NCBI GenBank assembly: GCA_017470645.1
Contig: JAFUYJ010000017.1
Location: 5,463 to 69,462, forward strand
Reading direction: 5' to 3'
Source of the DNA: Clostridia bacterium
Lineage (GTDB): Bacteria > Bacillota > Clostridia > TANB77 > CAG-508
DNA length: 64,000 nt
This document shows, one piece after another, positions 9,501 to 19,507 of the stretch (the stretch's first letter is position 1; every line of letters begins with the position of its first letter). The translations under genes and the position numbers were made by a program. Under the pieces are notes generated by a model, which saw nothing but the letters and a program-made list of their open reading frames with translations, was not told the origin of the DNA and did no database searches.

Positions 9501-9576
9501 ATTTTTAAATCGAGGACGTAACTTTTGGAAGTAGTCCCAAAAGTTTCAACCGCCAAAAACGAAAGGAGAATGTTTT

Positions 9577-9840
9577 ATGGAAGAAGTTAAAATTGGAAGA
9601 GTTTACAGACATTTTAAAGGAAACTACTATTTTGTTGAGAATGTTGCTTATGATAGCGAAACAAAAGAAAGAATGGTAGTGTACAAGCCTCTTTATCCAA
9701 GAGAAGATAATAGGCAAATATGGGTAAGGCCAGAGTCGATGTTCTTGTCCGAGATCCCAGTTGATAGACCAGATAATATTACGAAACAATCTCAAAGATT
9801 TCAATTATGTAAAGAAATAGAAAAAAATTATATTAATTAG
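9577..9840 (+). CDS. DUF1653 family protein
   Basis: The YRHFKGNYYFV...MVVYKPLY pattern is typical of DUF1653. RBS AAAGGAG. First gene after the T-box. Confidence 0.7.
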   Translation: MEEVKIGRVYRHFKGNYYFVENVAYDSETKERMVVYKPLYPREDNRQIWVRPESMFLSEIPVDRPDNITKQSQRFQLCKEIEKNYIN

Positions 9841-9851
9841 GAGGTATTTTT

Positions 9852-11138
9852 ATGATAGATATAAAATTTCTTAGAGAAAACCCCGATGTTGTAAAGGAAA
9901 ACATCAAGAAAAAATTTCAAGACCATAAATTAGTTTTAGTTGACGAAGTTATTGAATTAGATATAAAAAATCGCCAAGCTATGCAAAATGGTGATAATTT
10001 AAGAGCTAAAAGAAAAACTTTAAGTAATGAAATTGGAAACTTAATGAAACAAGGTCAAAAAGACGAAGCTGAAAAGATTAAAGCTGAAGTTCAACAATTG
10101 AATGATGAACTTGTAGAAAATGAAAAAAGAGAAGCTGAATTGGCTGAAGCCATAAAAGAAAGAATGATGAAAATCCCAAATATTATTGACCCATCTGTTC
10201 CTATTGGTAAAGACGATAGCGAAAATGTTGAAGTTCAAAGATTTGGTGATCCTGTCGTTCCAAGCTATGAAATACCACATCATGCTGATATTATAGCTAA
10301 ATTCAACGGTTTAGATAAAGAATCTGCAGGACGTACAAGCGGTGTTGGATTTTATTATTTAATTGGTGATGTTGCACGACTTCACGAAGCTATGCTTGCC
10401 TATGCAAGAGACTATATGATAGACAATGGATTTACATATACTATTCCCCCATTCATGATTCGTAGTGATGTTGTTACTGGAGTTATGAGTTTTGAGGAAA
10501 TGGATGCAATGATGTACAAAATTGAAAATGAAGATTTGTATTTAATAGGAACATCTGAGCATTCAATGATTGGAAGATTTAAGGGACAAATGATAAAAAA
10601 AGATGAATTACCAATTTCAATGACATCATATTCTCCATGTTTTAGAAAAGAAATTGGATCTCATGGATTGGAAGAAAGAGGTTTATACCGTGTACATCAA
10701 TTTGAAAAACAAGAAATGATAGTACTTTGCGAGCCTGAAGATTCTATGAATTGGTACAATAAAATGTGGAAATTAACTGTAGATTTATTCAGAAGTTGGA
10801 ATGTTCCTGTAAGACAATTAGATTGTTGTTCTGGTGATATGGCAGATTTAAAGGTTAAATCTTGTGATGTTGAAGCATGGAGCCCACGTCAACAAAAATA
10901 TTTTGAAGTTGGAAGCTGTTCTACTTTAGGAGATGCTCAAGCAAGACGTTTAGGAATTCGTGTTAAAAATGAAAAAGGTAACTACTATCCTCATACTTTA
11001 AACAACACTGTTGTTGCTACACCTAGAGGTTTAATTGCAGTATTAGAGAATAATTATAATGAAGATGGAACTGTTACAATACCTGAAGTTCTAAGACCTT
11101 ATATGGGTGGCTTAGAAAAAATTGTACCTAAAAATTAA
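9852..11138 (+). CDS. serS: Seryl-tRNA synthetase
   Basis: 428 aa with an N-terminal coiled-coil arm and class II core (e.g. CFRKEIGSHG, YRVHQFEKQEM). Preceded by the Ser T-box. Confidence 0.95.
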   Translation: MIDIKFLRENPDVVKENIKKKFQDHKLVLVDEVIELDIKNRQAMQNGDNLRAKRKTLSNEIGNLMKQGQKDEAEKIKAEVQQLNDELVENEKREAELAEAIKERMMKIPNIIDPSVPIGKDDSENVEVQRFGDPVVPSYEIPHHADIIAKFNGLDKESAGRTSGVGFYYLIGDVARLHEAMLAYARDYMIDNGFTYTIPPFMIRSDVVTGVMSFEEMDAMMYKIENEDLYLIGTSEHSMIGRFKGQMIKKDELPISMTSYSPCFRKEIGSHGLEERGLYRVHQFEKQEMIVLCEPEDSMNWYNKMWKLTVDLFRSWNVPVRQLDCCSGDMADLKVKSCDVEAWSPRQQKYFEVGSCSTLGDAQARRLGIRVKNEKGNYYPHTLNNTVVATPRGLIAVLENNYNEDGTVTIPEVLRPYMGGLEKIVPKN

Positions 11139-11180
11139 GAACGTCCTTCAGTGTTTCAAATTTAAAAAGGAGGAGCCAAA

Positions 11181-11762
11181 ATGTTAATTAAAAATCCAAA
11201 AATAGAAATTTCCGCTACATCTCCAAAGCAATACCCTAATTCTGGACTTCCAGAAATTGTTTTGGTTGGAAAATCTAATGTTGGTAAATCTTCATTTATT
11301 AACACTATGATTAACAGAAAAAAATTAGCTAGAACTAGTAGCGAACCTGGCAAAACAAGACAAATCAATTTTTATAATATGGATGATAAGTTTTATTTTG
11401 TTGATTTACCTGGCTATGGCTACAGCAAAATGTCTAAAGTCGAACAAGAAAAAGTTAATCATTTTATAGATGAATATTTACATGTTAGAAAGAATATTTC
11501 ACTTATCATTTTATTAATAGATATCAGACATGAACCAGGTAGCAATGATAGAATGATGTATGATTACATAATCCGCTCAGGATTGCCATTTATGGTACTT
11601 TGTAATAAAGCTGATAAAATAGCTGTAACCAAAGTAGAAAACGCTGTAAAAACCATCCAGAGCGATTTAAACCCTATTGGTGACTTTACATTTATGCCTT
11701 TTTCTGCTGAGAGAAAGATTTATTCTGAGGATGTATGGGAAATTTTAGAAGAGTATATTTAA
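11181..11762 (+). CDS. engB: Ribosome biogenesis GTPase YsxC/EngB
   Basis: G1 GKSNVGKSS, G3 DLPGYG, G4 NKADK; 193 aa. Confidence 0.9.
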   Translation: MLIKNPKIEISATSPKQYPNSGLPEIVLVGKSNVGKSSFINTMINRKKLARTSSEPGKTRQINFYNMDDKFYFVDLPGYGYSKMSKVEQEKVNHFIDEYLHVRKNISLIILLIDIRHEPGSNDRMMYDYIIRSGLPFMVLCNKADKIAVTKVENAVKTIQSDLNPIGDFTFMPFSAERKIYSEDVWEILEEYI

Positions 11763-11768
11763 AATAAT

Positions 11769-11812
11769 AAAAGCATAAAGGTTTAAACAATATAAAACCT
11801 TTATGCTTTTAT
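11769..11812. terminator. Bidirectional intrinsic terminator
   Basis: 14-bp stem AAGCATAAAGGTTT / AAACCTTTATGCTT flanked by A and T runs, between convergent genes. Confidence 0.7.
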
Positions 11813-11820
11813 AGTTATTA

Positions 11821-12291
11821 TCAAATCAAATGAATACACCTATATTTCTCAAAACCATAATCACTAACTCTTTTTCTAAACACATCATATGTATGTGCTG
11901 CAATTAAAGTATTTTCAACGCTAGTTCCACTCTGAATTACTACAAGTCCATGAGAAAATCTCAATCCTTCAAAACTTAGTTGAACTATATCACCTATTTC
12001 CAACTTATCAATAGATGTATCCTCTCCCCTTGGTCCCGATCCTTTATTAGAAATCAAAAAATCATACAAAAACTCTACCCCTGTCCATGATGGAGATTTA
12101 TTATTAGCATTTATGTAATACCAACCATTTAACCTATTATAATTCATCTGTCCGCAACCTGCGTAAATGCATTGAGATACAAAGTTTGTACAATCTCCTC
12201 CAATATAATCGTAATTGTAGTATTTCGGATTTCGTGAAAGCGCCCATTTTTCAGCATATTTATATATATTTTCTCTATTATATTTAGACAT
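11821..12291 (-). CDS. Putative amidase-domain protein (Amidase_6 / NlpC-P60-like cysteine peptidase fold)
   Basis: GGDCTNFVSQCIYAG ... SPSWTGV ... HGLVV pattern. ATG 12291 follows RBS AAAGGTG. Confidence 0.6.
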   Translation of the reverse strand: MSKYNRENIYKYAEKWALSRNPKYYNYDYIGGDCTNFVSQCIYAGCGQMNYNRLNGWYYINANNKSPSWTGVEFLYDFLISNKGSGPRGEDTSIDKLEIGDIVQLSFEGLRFSHGLVVIQSGTSVENTLIAAHTYDVFRKRVSDYGFEKYRCIHLI

Positions 12292-12345
12292 AAAAATCAC
12301 CTTTTACATTATATTAATTAAATAGTAAAAGGTGATTTTTAATTT

Positions 12346-13629
12346 TTATTCTCTATCTGGTTTAGTTTTTAAATCAATTATATTCTTAACAATGTCCGTA
12401 CCAACAGCAGTTTTAGGATCTACTGTGTACCAATCTGAAGTACTATTGTGATCGCCCATATTATCATATAACTGAATTGATATTGTTCCATCATCATTTT
12501 TTTGCGAACCAACACGACTTGGTCTATATCCTGTTTTTGCTTCATAATAATCTAATGCCATTTTTTCTAATTCTTCTGTTGTGTATTCTTTGTTGGCGTT
12601 TGAGTTGATGTTTCTACTATTTTTATTTTCTAAATATTGGGTGTCAATATAGTTTTCAACTAAACTATATGGTACTGCATATTGAAATTCTCCAGCTGCA
12701 CCACTTGAAATTTCATATTTTGGTATTTCAACACACATAATTCCATCTTTTGTGAAGTATCCGTCTAATTTTTCTATTGCTGAGTTTATTGTACTTTGAT
12801 AACTATCACCGTGTGATTCTACAACTTCATTATATCTTGAGTCTTTTTGTAATTGTTCATAAACTGATTTTTTACATGCTTCTATGTATTTTTCTTTTGA
12901 TTTAACCAAATTTTTAATTTCAATTACATCTCCTGTTTCCAAATCAAATGAAACGCCACTTGCATTTCCCCAGCCTACACCTCCAAGACCTCCGCTGAAA
13001 GTGTATCCAAATGTTACTAATTTATCAGTTAGGTAAATTACTTCATATGATTGATGAAAACCGATATCGTAAGGTCCATATCCATCATTTTCTTCACTTG
13101 CTTCATTTATTTGAGTTAAAAGTTCCTTTATGTAATCATCACTAGTTTGTGCATTAATATCTACCCACACACTGCTATACCAGTCTGCTAAATATTTTTC
13201 CATTTTAGCAGAAGCTGCAGAACTTATTCCTGAAATGTGAGGAACATCTTCATTACAAACGAAACTTGCTCCTCCTATTGTTATATTTCTTACTCCTCTT
13301 GTTTCATATGTGACTTTAAATGAATCTTTTAGATTTATGGTATTTGAGGTTTCTTCTTTGTCTCCACCTTTACCTGAAACATTACCATCTTTTTCTTCTG
13401 TTATTTCATTATTATTTTCATTGTTTTTCTCATCATTTTGTTTTACATTACTATCTTTTTTATCTTCTGATTGTTCTACTTTATTAAAAACAGTTGAAAA
13501 ATCTTTTCCTGAAATAACCATCCATGAAAGCATTCCTATTATCGCTGCCATAATAAGTATAATTATGATTAGCACTACTTTAGGTATTCCTCTTTTTTTA
13601 TTTTTCACTTTTGGGGCTTTATTTCTCAT
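12346..13629 (-). CDS. Membrane-anchored extracellular protein, unknown function (acidic low-complexity linker)
   Basis: N-terminal K-rich segment plus one TM helix, a D/E/K/N-rich linker, then a globular part. No motif I can name with confidence. Confidence 0.5.
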   Translation of the reverse strand: MRNKAPKVKNKKRGIPKVVLIIIILIMAAIIGMLSWMVISGKDFSTVFNKVEQSEDKKDSNVKQNDEKNNENNNEITEEKDGNVSGKGGDKEETSNTINLKDSFKVTYETRGVRNITIGGASFVCNEDVPHISGISSAASAKMEKYLADWYSSVWVDINAQTSDDYIKELLTQINEASEENDGYGPYDIGFHQSYEVIYLTDKLVTFGYTFSGGLGGVGWGNASGVSFDLETGDVIEIKNLVKSKEKYIEACKKSVYEQLQKDSRYNEVVESHGDSYQSTINSAIEKLDGYFTKDGIMCVEIPKYEISSGAAGEFQYAVPYSLVENYIDTQYLENKNSRNINSNANKEYTTEELEKMALDYYEAKTGYRPSRVGSQKNDDGTISIQLYDNMGDHNSTSDWYTVDPKTAVGTDIVKNIIDLKTKPDRE

Positions 13630-13701
13630 ATTTTCCTCCTTTTTCTTTTGTTCATCTGATATTAAGTATAATATTTTGTCTTTGAACGTATCATCAAAAA
13701 A

Positions 13702-15420
13702 TTATTTAACATATTCATTTACATTAGCATCATTCAACTCTGTTCCGATTGGATAAAATTTATAATTTGAATATTGGGCATGTATGCTATCATATTCTGA
13801 TTTAGAAATTGATACTGTTTCTGAAGAATTCGCCGCTCTTTTATAATAAGTTGTTCCACTAGAATTGTTATCATCTCCACCAATTTCTATTAATTCTTTA
13901 GCTCTACCGCTTGACAAATCATAATATGTATCAGAAAAATATCCCATATGCATATATGATATTACAGCTATACATTTATTTGGATCAACTTCTACGCCAG
14001 CATGGCTATTGTGTAATGGATATTTTGTAAATGGTTTTACGACTACTCTTCCACCTTGATATGAAACTATGAATACCTGATTTGATAAATCATTTTCAGA
14101 ATAAGCTTCTACTAGAAACATTGGAGTATATTTTCCTCCAATAACTTTCATAAAATTCAATGTTTGATTTCCGGTAATAGCCTCTCCAAAACAACTTTTT
14201 GTCATCATAACATTGTTTCTAATCCAATACGCATCTTTTAAATTACTTTTTATTTGTTCAATACCGTCACCATATGGTCCTGCTGGTGGTTCATAGCCAT
14301 CATCTTCAGGCAATTCAAATGAAGTTTTTTGTTTTTTATTGCTTACTACATCTGTTTTAATCACTAAACTATCATTTCCACCCATAGGAGCTTCTGTATT
14401 TATTATATTGAAGTTGTAGTTTTTGTCTATATAGCATTGATTGTTGTACCACTGTGAATTACTTGAAACAGTACCATCTGCCACACCATTTTCTAATGTA
14501 ATTCTAATTTTATCTTCTAAATCCTCCTTTGAAGTAAATCCACAAGCTTTGAACACATCTTCTAAACTTGCCTCATCGTATGTATCTAAATTAAAATTAT
14601 ATGTGTAAAAATTTATCCCTGCACCACCATTAGTAACACCATTATGCTGTCTTACAACAATAGATAAAACTTTATCTTTTACTATATATTCATATTCTAT
14701 TTTAAATAAAGTTGCAGCACCTGATTCATTAGTTTCTCCATATTTCTCATAGCTTAAATTATATACATCTTTTATTTCTTTGTTTGCTTTTTTAGCCGCT
14801 TTTGAATTAATATTAATATATGGTGCAATTAACATATCTACTGTTTTGTATTCTGTTCCTTCAAATGTTGTTATTGTCTTTTCAATTTTTCCCTCTGCAT
14901 AATTTGCATCATACACCCATGGTTTGTTTTTATCTATTTTTGAACCAGTATATTTTTCATCACTATCTTCTTTATCATCTGAATCTTTGTCTTCAGATTT
15001 ACTATTATCATCCTCATCTTTATTACTCTTTTTCGAATCTTTACTTTTTGATGACTTGCTACTTGAAGATGTTTCGTTGTTATCAAAGAAATTTAATTCT
15101 CCACCTGTTAACAAATATCCAGTAAGTCCTCCACCCGCTATTACAAGTATTATCAAAATGATTATTGCAATAATTTTTCCAGCCTTTCCTTTCTTTTTAG
15201 GCTTTTCTACATTATCTTTTTTGTTTGATTTGCTATTTTTCACCTTTTTGCTTGTAGTATTTGCTGCATTTGGCTGAATAGTTTGGCTATACGCATTTGC
15301 GTTATTCATATTAGTATTTTGTGCTGTCTGGGCATTCTGCACATTTTGATTAAATTGTGCTTGAATTGGTTGGGCTCCTTGATTATTTTGATTTAAATTC
15401 TGATTTTGATTTTCATCCAT
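13702..15420 (-). CDS. Membrane-anchored extracellular protein, unknown function (Q/N-rich N-terminus, S/K/D-rich linker)
   Basis: Start moved to ATG 15420 (RBS AAAGGGG 7 nt upstream) rather than the track start 15492. One TM helix (IIAIIILIILVIAGGGLTGYLL). Confidence 0.5.
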   Translation of the reverse strand: MDENQNQNLNQNNQGAQPIQAQFNQNVQNAQTAQNTNMNNANAYSQTIQPNAANTTSKKVKNSKSNKKDNVEKPKKKGKAGKIIAIIILIILVIAGGGLTGYLLTGGELNFFDNNETSSSSKSSKSKDSKKSNKDEDDNSKSEDKDSDDKEDSDEKYTGSKIDKNKPWVYDANYAEGKIEKTITTFEGTEYKTVDMLIAPYININSKAAKKANKEIKDVYNLSYEKYGETNESGAATLFKIEYEYIVKDKVLSIVVRQHNGVTNGGAGINFYTYNFNLDTYDEASLEDVFKACGFTSKEDLEDKIRITLENGVADGTVSSNSQWYNNQCYIDKNYNFNIINTEAPMGGNDSLVIKTDVVSNKKQKTSFELPEDDGYEPPAGPYGDGIEQIKSNLKDAYWIRNNVMMTKSCFGEAITGNQTLNFMKVIGGKYTPMFLVEAYSENDLSNQVFIVSYQGGRVVVKPFTKYPLHNSHAGVEVDPNKCIAVISYMHMGYFSDTYYDLSSGRAKELIEIGGDDNNSSGTTYYKRAANSSETVSISKSEYDSIHAQYSNYKFYPIGTELNDANVNEYVK

Positions 15421-15573
15421 AATACATTCCCCTTTATCATTTGAATTTTTATCATCTATAAAAATTATATCATTGTAAAAATCCATCGTCAATATGAATT
15501 TTTTGGAGGAACTTATTGTTCATTGAACAAATGTGTTATTTATCTACGTCCCCATTGACACGTTGTAGATGAC

Positions 15574-15607
15574 AAAAAAAAATCCAAATTTGAATTTGGA
15601 TTTTTTC
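15574..15607. terminator. Intrinsic terminator after rplQ (end of alpha operon)
   Basis: A9-TCCAAATT / AATTTGGA-T7 hairpin directly after the rplQ stop. Confidence 0.7.
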
Positions 15608-15615
15608 TCATATTA

Positions 15616-16149
15616 TTAAACTAAAGCTAATATAACAACTTCAGCTGAATCTCCTCTTCTAGGTCCTTTTTTGATTATACGAGTATAACCACCGTTTCTA
15701 CCTTCATATTTAGGAGCGATTTCATTGAATAATTTAGCTGTTAAATCTACGTTATTTCCGTCGCTATCTTTTACTTTGTTTATCATTCTCATCATTTTTC
15801 TTCTAGCATTTAATCTAGATGGCATATCTTTTTGTCTTTTTTCAGTAGTCTCTTCTTTAACTACTTTTAAATATTCTTTACCATTTTTGCTTTTTGCTAT
15901 TTCAGTAACTTTTTTACCGTTAGAATCTAATTTTGCTTTAACAACTTTAGCGTCAACAGTTTCAAAATTATCTTTTTCTCTTATAGCTAATGCAATTATA
16001 CTATCAGCTAATGCTTTAATTTCTTTAGCTCTAGCTTCAGTAGTTTCTATTTTTTCATGCCAAATTAAATCTGTTAATCCAGTTTTTAACATTGCATTTC
16101 TTATATCTGTAGTTCTACCTAACTTTCTGTTAATTGCCACTTTTTTCAC
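15616..16149 (-). CDS. rplQ: 50S ribosomal protein L17, with ~55-aa internal insertion
   Basis: Ends are L17-like ([14 protein letters not shown]..., ...[25 protein letters not shown]). Total 177 aa versus ~115-125 typical. Start codon uncertain (GTG 16149 or GTG 16140). Confidence 0.9.
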   Translation of the reverse strand: MKKVAINRKLGRTTDIRNAMLKTGLTDLIWHEKIETTEARAKEIKALADSIIALAIREKDNFETVDAKVVKAKLDSNGKKVTEIAKSKNGKEYLKVVKEETTEKRQKDMPSRLNARRKMMRMINKVKDSDGNNVDLTAKLFNEIAPKYEGRNGGYTRIIKKGPRRGDSAEVVILALV

Positions 16150-16187
16150 CCTCTCTTTTTTTATTAATAAGTAAAATTTAAAATAAT

Positions 16188-17135
16188 TTAGTCTTCTTCC
16201 TTAGCAAAATCCAATCCTAATGAATGTAATTTGTTTGTAACTTCATCCAAAGATTTTTTACCAAGATTTCTAACTTTCATCATATCTGACTCTGTTTTAT
16301 TTGTTAAATCTTCAACTGTAGAGATATTAGCTCTTTTTAAACAGTTAAATGATCTTACAGATAATTCTAATTCTTCAATAGCCATTTCTAATACTTTTTC
16401 TTTCTTGAACTCTTCTTTTTCAATCATTACTTGAGTATTTTTTGTAGCTTCAGATAAATCTATAAATAAATCTAAATGTCCAGTCATAACTTTTGCTGCT
16501 AAACTTAATGCTTCATATGGTTTTAAACTTCCATCTGTCCAAACTTCGATTGTTAATTTATCATAATCAACCATTTGTCCAACTCTAGTGTTTTCAACTG
16601 AATAATTAACTTTCTTAACTGGTGTATAGATAGAATCTATTGGAAGTACCCCTAAAGGTTGGTTTTCCTTTTTATTCTTTTCAGCTGTGTTGTATCCTCT
16701 ACCCATTTCAGCTGTTAATTCCATAACTAGTGAACCACCTTCTGAAACAGTAGCAATGTGTAAATCTGGGTTTAGTATTTCAACTGTTCCATCAGTAATT
16801 ATATCACCTGCAGTAACTTCACCTTCTCCTTTAAAGTTAATTCTTAAAGTTTTTTCTTCATTTTTATCTAATTTTAATCTTACACTTTTTAGATTAACAA
16901 TTATCTCTGGTACATCTTCTACTACATTTGGTATTGTAGAAAATTCATGTAGAACACCATCAATTTTAACTCCAGTAATTGCACTTCCTGGTAATGATGA
17001 AAGTAAAATTCTTCTTAATGAATTTCCTATTGTAATACCATATCCTCTCTCCAATGGTTCACAAACGAATTTTGCATAATTCTTGTCATTGTCTATCTCT
17101 AAGCATTTAATATTTGGCTTTTCAAATTCTATCAT
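16188..17135 (-). CDS. rpoA: DNA-directed RNA polymerase subunit alpha
   Basis: 315 aa; MIEFEKPNI..., NTD and CTD ([17 protein letters not shown]) signatures. Confidence 0.97.
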   Translation of the reverse strand: MIEFEKPNIKCLEIDNDKNYAKFVCEPLERGYGITIGNSLRRILLSSLPGSAITGVKIDGVLHEFSTIPNVVEDVPEIIVNLKSVRLKLDKNEEKTLRINFKGEGEVTAGDIITDGTVEILNPDLHIATVSEGGSLVMELTAEMGRGYNTAEKNKKENQPLGVLPIDSIYTPVKKVNYSVENTRVGQMVDYDKLTIEVWTDGSLKPYEALSLAAKVMTGHLDLFIDLSEATKNTQVMIEKEEFKKEKVLEMAIEELELSVRSFNCLKRANISTVEDLTNKTESDMMKVRNLGKKSLDEVTNKLHSLGLDFAKEED

Positions 17136-17258
17136 TTTTACCTCCTAATAATTAATCATTTTATTTAATTCAGTCTTAAAGTAAATCTTATATTTATCCA
17201 CAATTTGTATACACACAAAACATATAAATATAGGCTTTCTTTAACACTTTTACAACCA

Positions 17259-17855
17259 TTATTTTGAGTAAAGCTCTACTATTAAATGTTCTTCTACTGG
17301 GTAGTCGATTTCTTCTCTTGATGGCTCTTTTACCACTTTACCTGATAAATTATCAATATTTTTCTCTAACCATGTAGGTACTAATCTTGAAGCAGTTTCT
17401 TCTACACTTGCTTTAATTGTACCATTATCTTTTCTTATTTCTCTTACAGCTATTTCATCTCCAGGTTTAACAATGTATGATGGAATATCAACTTTTTGTC
17501 CATTAACTTGGAAAGCTCCGTGAGAAACTTGCATTCTAGCTTCTGCTCTTGTTCTAGCATATCCTAATCTAAATACTACGTTATCTAATCTGCTTTCTAG
17601 TAATTGTAGTAATAATTCACCTGTATTTCCTTTTTTGTTATATGAAATTGCATAATATTTTCTAAATTGTTTTTCTCCAACTCCATATATAAATTTCAAT
17701 TTTTGCTTTTCTTTTAACTGAATAGCATATTCAGAAACTTTTTTATGTTTATTTCCTGCTGGTTTACGATTAGATTCTTTGTCAATACCAATAACTGTTG
17801 GACTGATTCCAAGATATCTACATCTTTTTAAAACAGGTTCTCTATATCTTGACAT
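17259..17855 (-). CDS. rpsD: 30S ribosomal protein S4
   Basis: MSRYREPVLKRCRYLG..., S4 domain; conserved alpha-operon position. Confidence 0.96.
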   Translation of the reverse strand: MSRYREPVLKRCRYLGISPTVIGIDKESNRKPAGNKHKKVSEYAIQLKEKQKLKFIYGVGEKQFRKYYAISYNKKGNTGELLLQLLESRLDNVVFRLGYARTRAEARMQVSHGAFQVNGQKVDIPSYIVKPGDEIAVREIRKDNGTIKASVEETASRLVPTWLEKNIDNLSGKVVKEPSREEIDYPVEEHLIVELYSK

Positions 17856-17888
17856 TAATTTTCACCTTCCTTATTATATTCACTTATT

Positions 17889-18287
17889 TTATACACGACG
17901 TCTTTTTGGTGGTCTACAACCATTATGTGGTATTGGTGTTACATCTTTAATACTGCTTATTTCTAACCCTGCAGCTTGTAATGATCTTATAGCTGCTTCA
18001 CGACCAGCTCCTGGTCCTTTTACAAATACTTCTACTGATTTCAAACCATGTTCCATAGCTGTTTTAGCTGCTGTTTCTGCTGCTTCTCCAGCTGCGAATG
18101 GTGTGCTTTTTCTAGAACCCTTGAATCCTAATTGTCCAGCACTTGCCCAAGATAAAACATTACCTTGAACATCAGATATTGTAACTATTGTATTATTAAA
18201 ACTAGAATGAATATGAGCCATACCTTTTTCGATATTTTTTCTATCTCTTCTTCTAGTAACTCTTTTTGTTACATTTTTAGTAGCCAT
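17889..18287 (-). CDS. rpsK: 30S ribosomal protein S11
   Basis: [18 protein letters not shown]... ; ...[15 protein letters not shown]. Confidence 0.97.
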   Translation of the reverse strand: MATKNVTKRVTRRRDRKNIEKGMAHIHSSFNNTIVTISDVQGNVLSWASAGQLGFKGSRKSTPFAAGEAAETAAKTAMEHGLKSVEVFVKGPGAGREAAIRSLQAAGLEISSIKDVTPIPHNGCRPPKRRRV

Positions 18288-18306
18288 TTATGTTTTACCT
18301 CCCTAA

Positions 18307-18672
18307 TTATTTTTTACTCTTACTTACTAATTTTCTAGGACCTTTTCTTGTACGAGCATTAGTTTTTGTTCTTTGTCCTCTAACTGGTAATCCTCTTCTA
18401 TGTCTTAATCCTCTGTAGCATCCTATTTCTGTTAATCTCTTAATGTTAAGAGCAACTTCTCTACGTAAGTCACCTTCAACTAAATAACCATCCATAGCAT
18501 TTCTTATTGCTTGTACTTGGTCATCAGTTAAATCTTTTACTCTAGTATCTGGGTTAACACCAGCTTGTTTTAATATTTTTTGTGAACTTGGTAAACCAAT
18601 TCCATAAATATATGTTAATCCAATTTCTACTCTTTTTTCTCTAGGTAAATCTACTCCTGATATACGAGCCAT
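18307..18672 (-). CDS. rpsM: 30S ribosomal protein S13
   Basis: [26 protein letters not shown]... Confidence 0.97.
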   Translation of the reverse strand: MARISGVDLPREKRVEIGLTYIYGIGLPSSQKILKQAGVNPDTRVKDLTDDQVQAIRNAMDGYLVEGDLRREVALNIKRLTEIGCYRGLRHRRGLPVRGQRTKTNARTRKGPRKLVSKSKK

Positions 18673-18884
18673 TATTTTAGCACCTCCAAAATATTTTGTT
18701 TAATTTAAAAAATTGTTTATTTTATATCAAATTAAAGGTGAAATGCATTAATACAATTAAACTCGGATTCTTTAACTATATTAATCTTTAATCAATATAA
18801 AATGTTATATATAAACACAAATTAAATAAATTATCAGCCGCTTATCGTAATTTGTGTTAATACCATTTTTGTTTATCCTAAAAA

Positions 18885-18998
18885 TTATCCTTGTCTTTGT
18901 TTGTGTTTAGGATTTTCACAAATTACTCTTATAACACCTTTTCTTTTGATTACTTTGCATTTTTCACACATTTTCTTAACTGATGGTCTTACTTTCAT
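18885..18998 (-). CDS. rpmJ: 50S ribosomal protein L36
   Basis: Below the ORF-track cutoff. Own translation: [37 protein letters not shown]. Confidence 0.95.
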   Translation of the reverse strand: MKVRPSVKKMCEKCKVIKRKGVIRVICENPKHKQRQG

Positions 18999-19038
18999 TT
19001 CACTACACCTCCTGTAATATTTGTTACATAACCTACAT

Positions 19039-19148
19039 ATAGTGTTTGCTTAATTTTAATGATGCGTGAGGTCAGACGTATACAAAATACAGGCTAAATG
19101 TAGTTCTATACATCTCACATCGCACCTCATAAATTATTCAAACACTAT
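19039..19148. repeat. ~110-nt imperfect palindrome filling the infA-rpmJ spacer
   Basis: Perfect 10-bp outer stem ATAGTGTTTG (19039-19048) / CAAACACTAT (19139-19148). Inner arms pair with indels (TAATTT, ATGA, TGCG, TGAG, GTATA blocks). Confidence 0.6.
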
Positions 19149-19161
19149 TTGCTTTTGTATT

Positions 19162-19380
19162 CTATTTTGCTCTCCAAGTAATTCTTCCTCTTGTTAAATC
19201 ATATGGAGATAATTCAACTTTTACTTTATCTCCAGGAAGAATTTTAATATAATTCATTCTAAGCTTTCCTGAGATATGAGCTAAAATTTGATGTCCATTT
19301 TCAAGTTCAACCTTGAAATTTGTATTAGGTAACGCTTCAACAACTGTTCCTTCTAATTCAATAACATCCTCTTTTGCCAT
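19162..19380 (-). CDS. infA: Translation initiation factor IF-1
   Basis: [30 protein letters not shown]... Confidence 0.97.
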   Translation of the reverse strand: MAKEDVIELEGTVVEALPNTNFKVELENGHQILAHISGKLRMNYIKILPGDKVKVELSPYDLTRGRITWRAK

Positions 19381-19507
19381 TATAACCTCCTAAATTTTTA
19401 AATTTATGTAATGCTTATTTTTCTTGATTTATCAACTATTTTCAGGAATATTTAACCATATTTTATGTCAAAATGTTCCATGATAGCTTTTATATTATAT
19501 AATAAAA

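Noticed and set aside
9505-9804. 99-aa minus-strand ORF opposite the DUF1653 gene and T-box terminator.
   Set aside because: It is antisense to a well-supported RBS-preceded gene downstream of the T-box. There is no RBS and the translation is hydrophobic low-complexity.
17194-17202. Perfect DnaA-box consensus TTATCCACA in the rpoA-rpsD spacer.
   Set aside because: It is a single isolated box with no cluster, no DUE-like AT-rich repeats and no dnaA/dnaN context. A lone 9-mer is compatible with chance.
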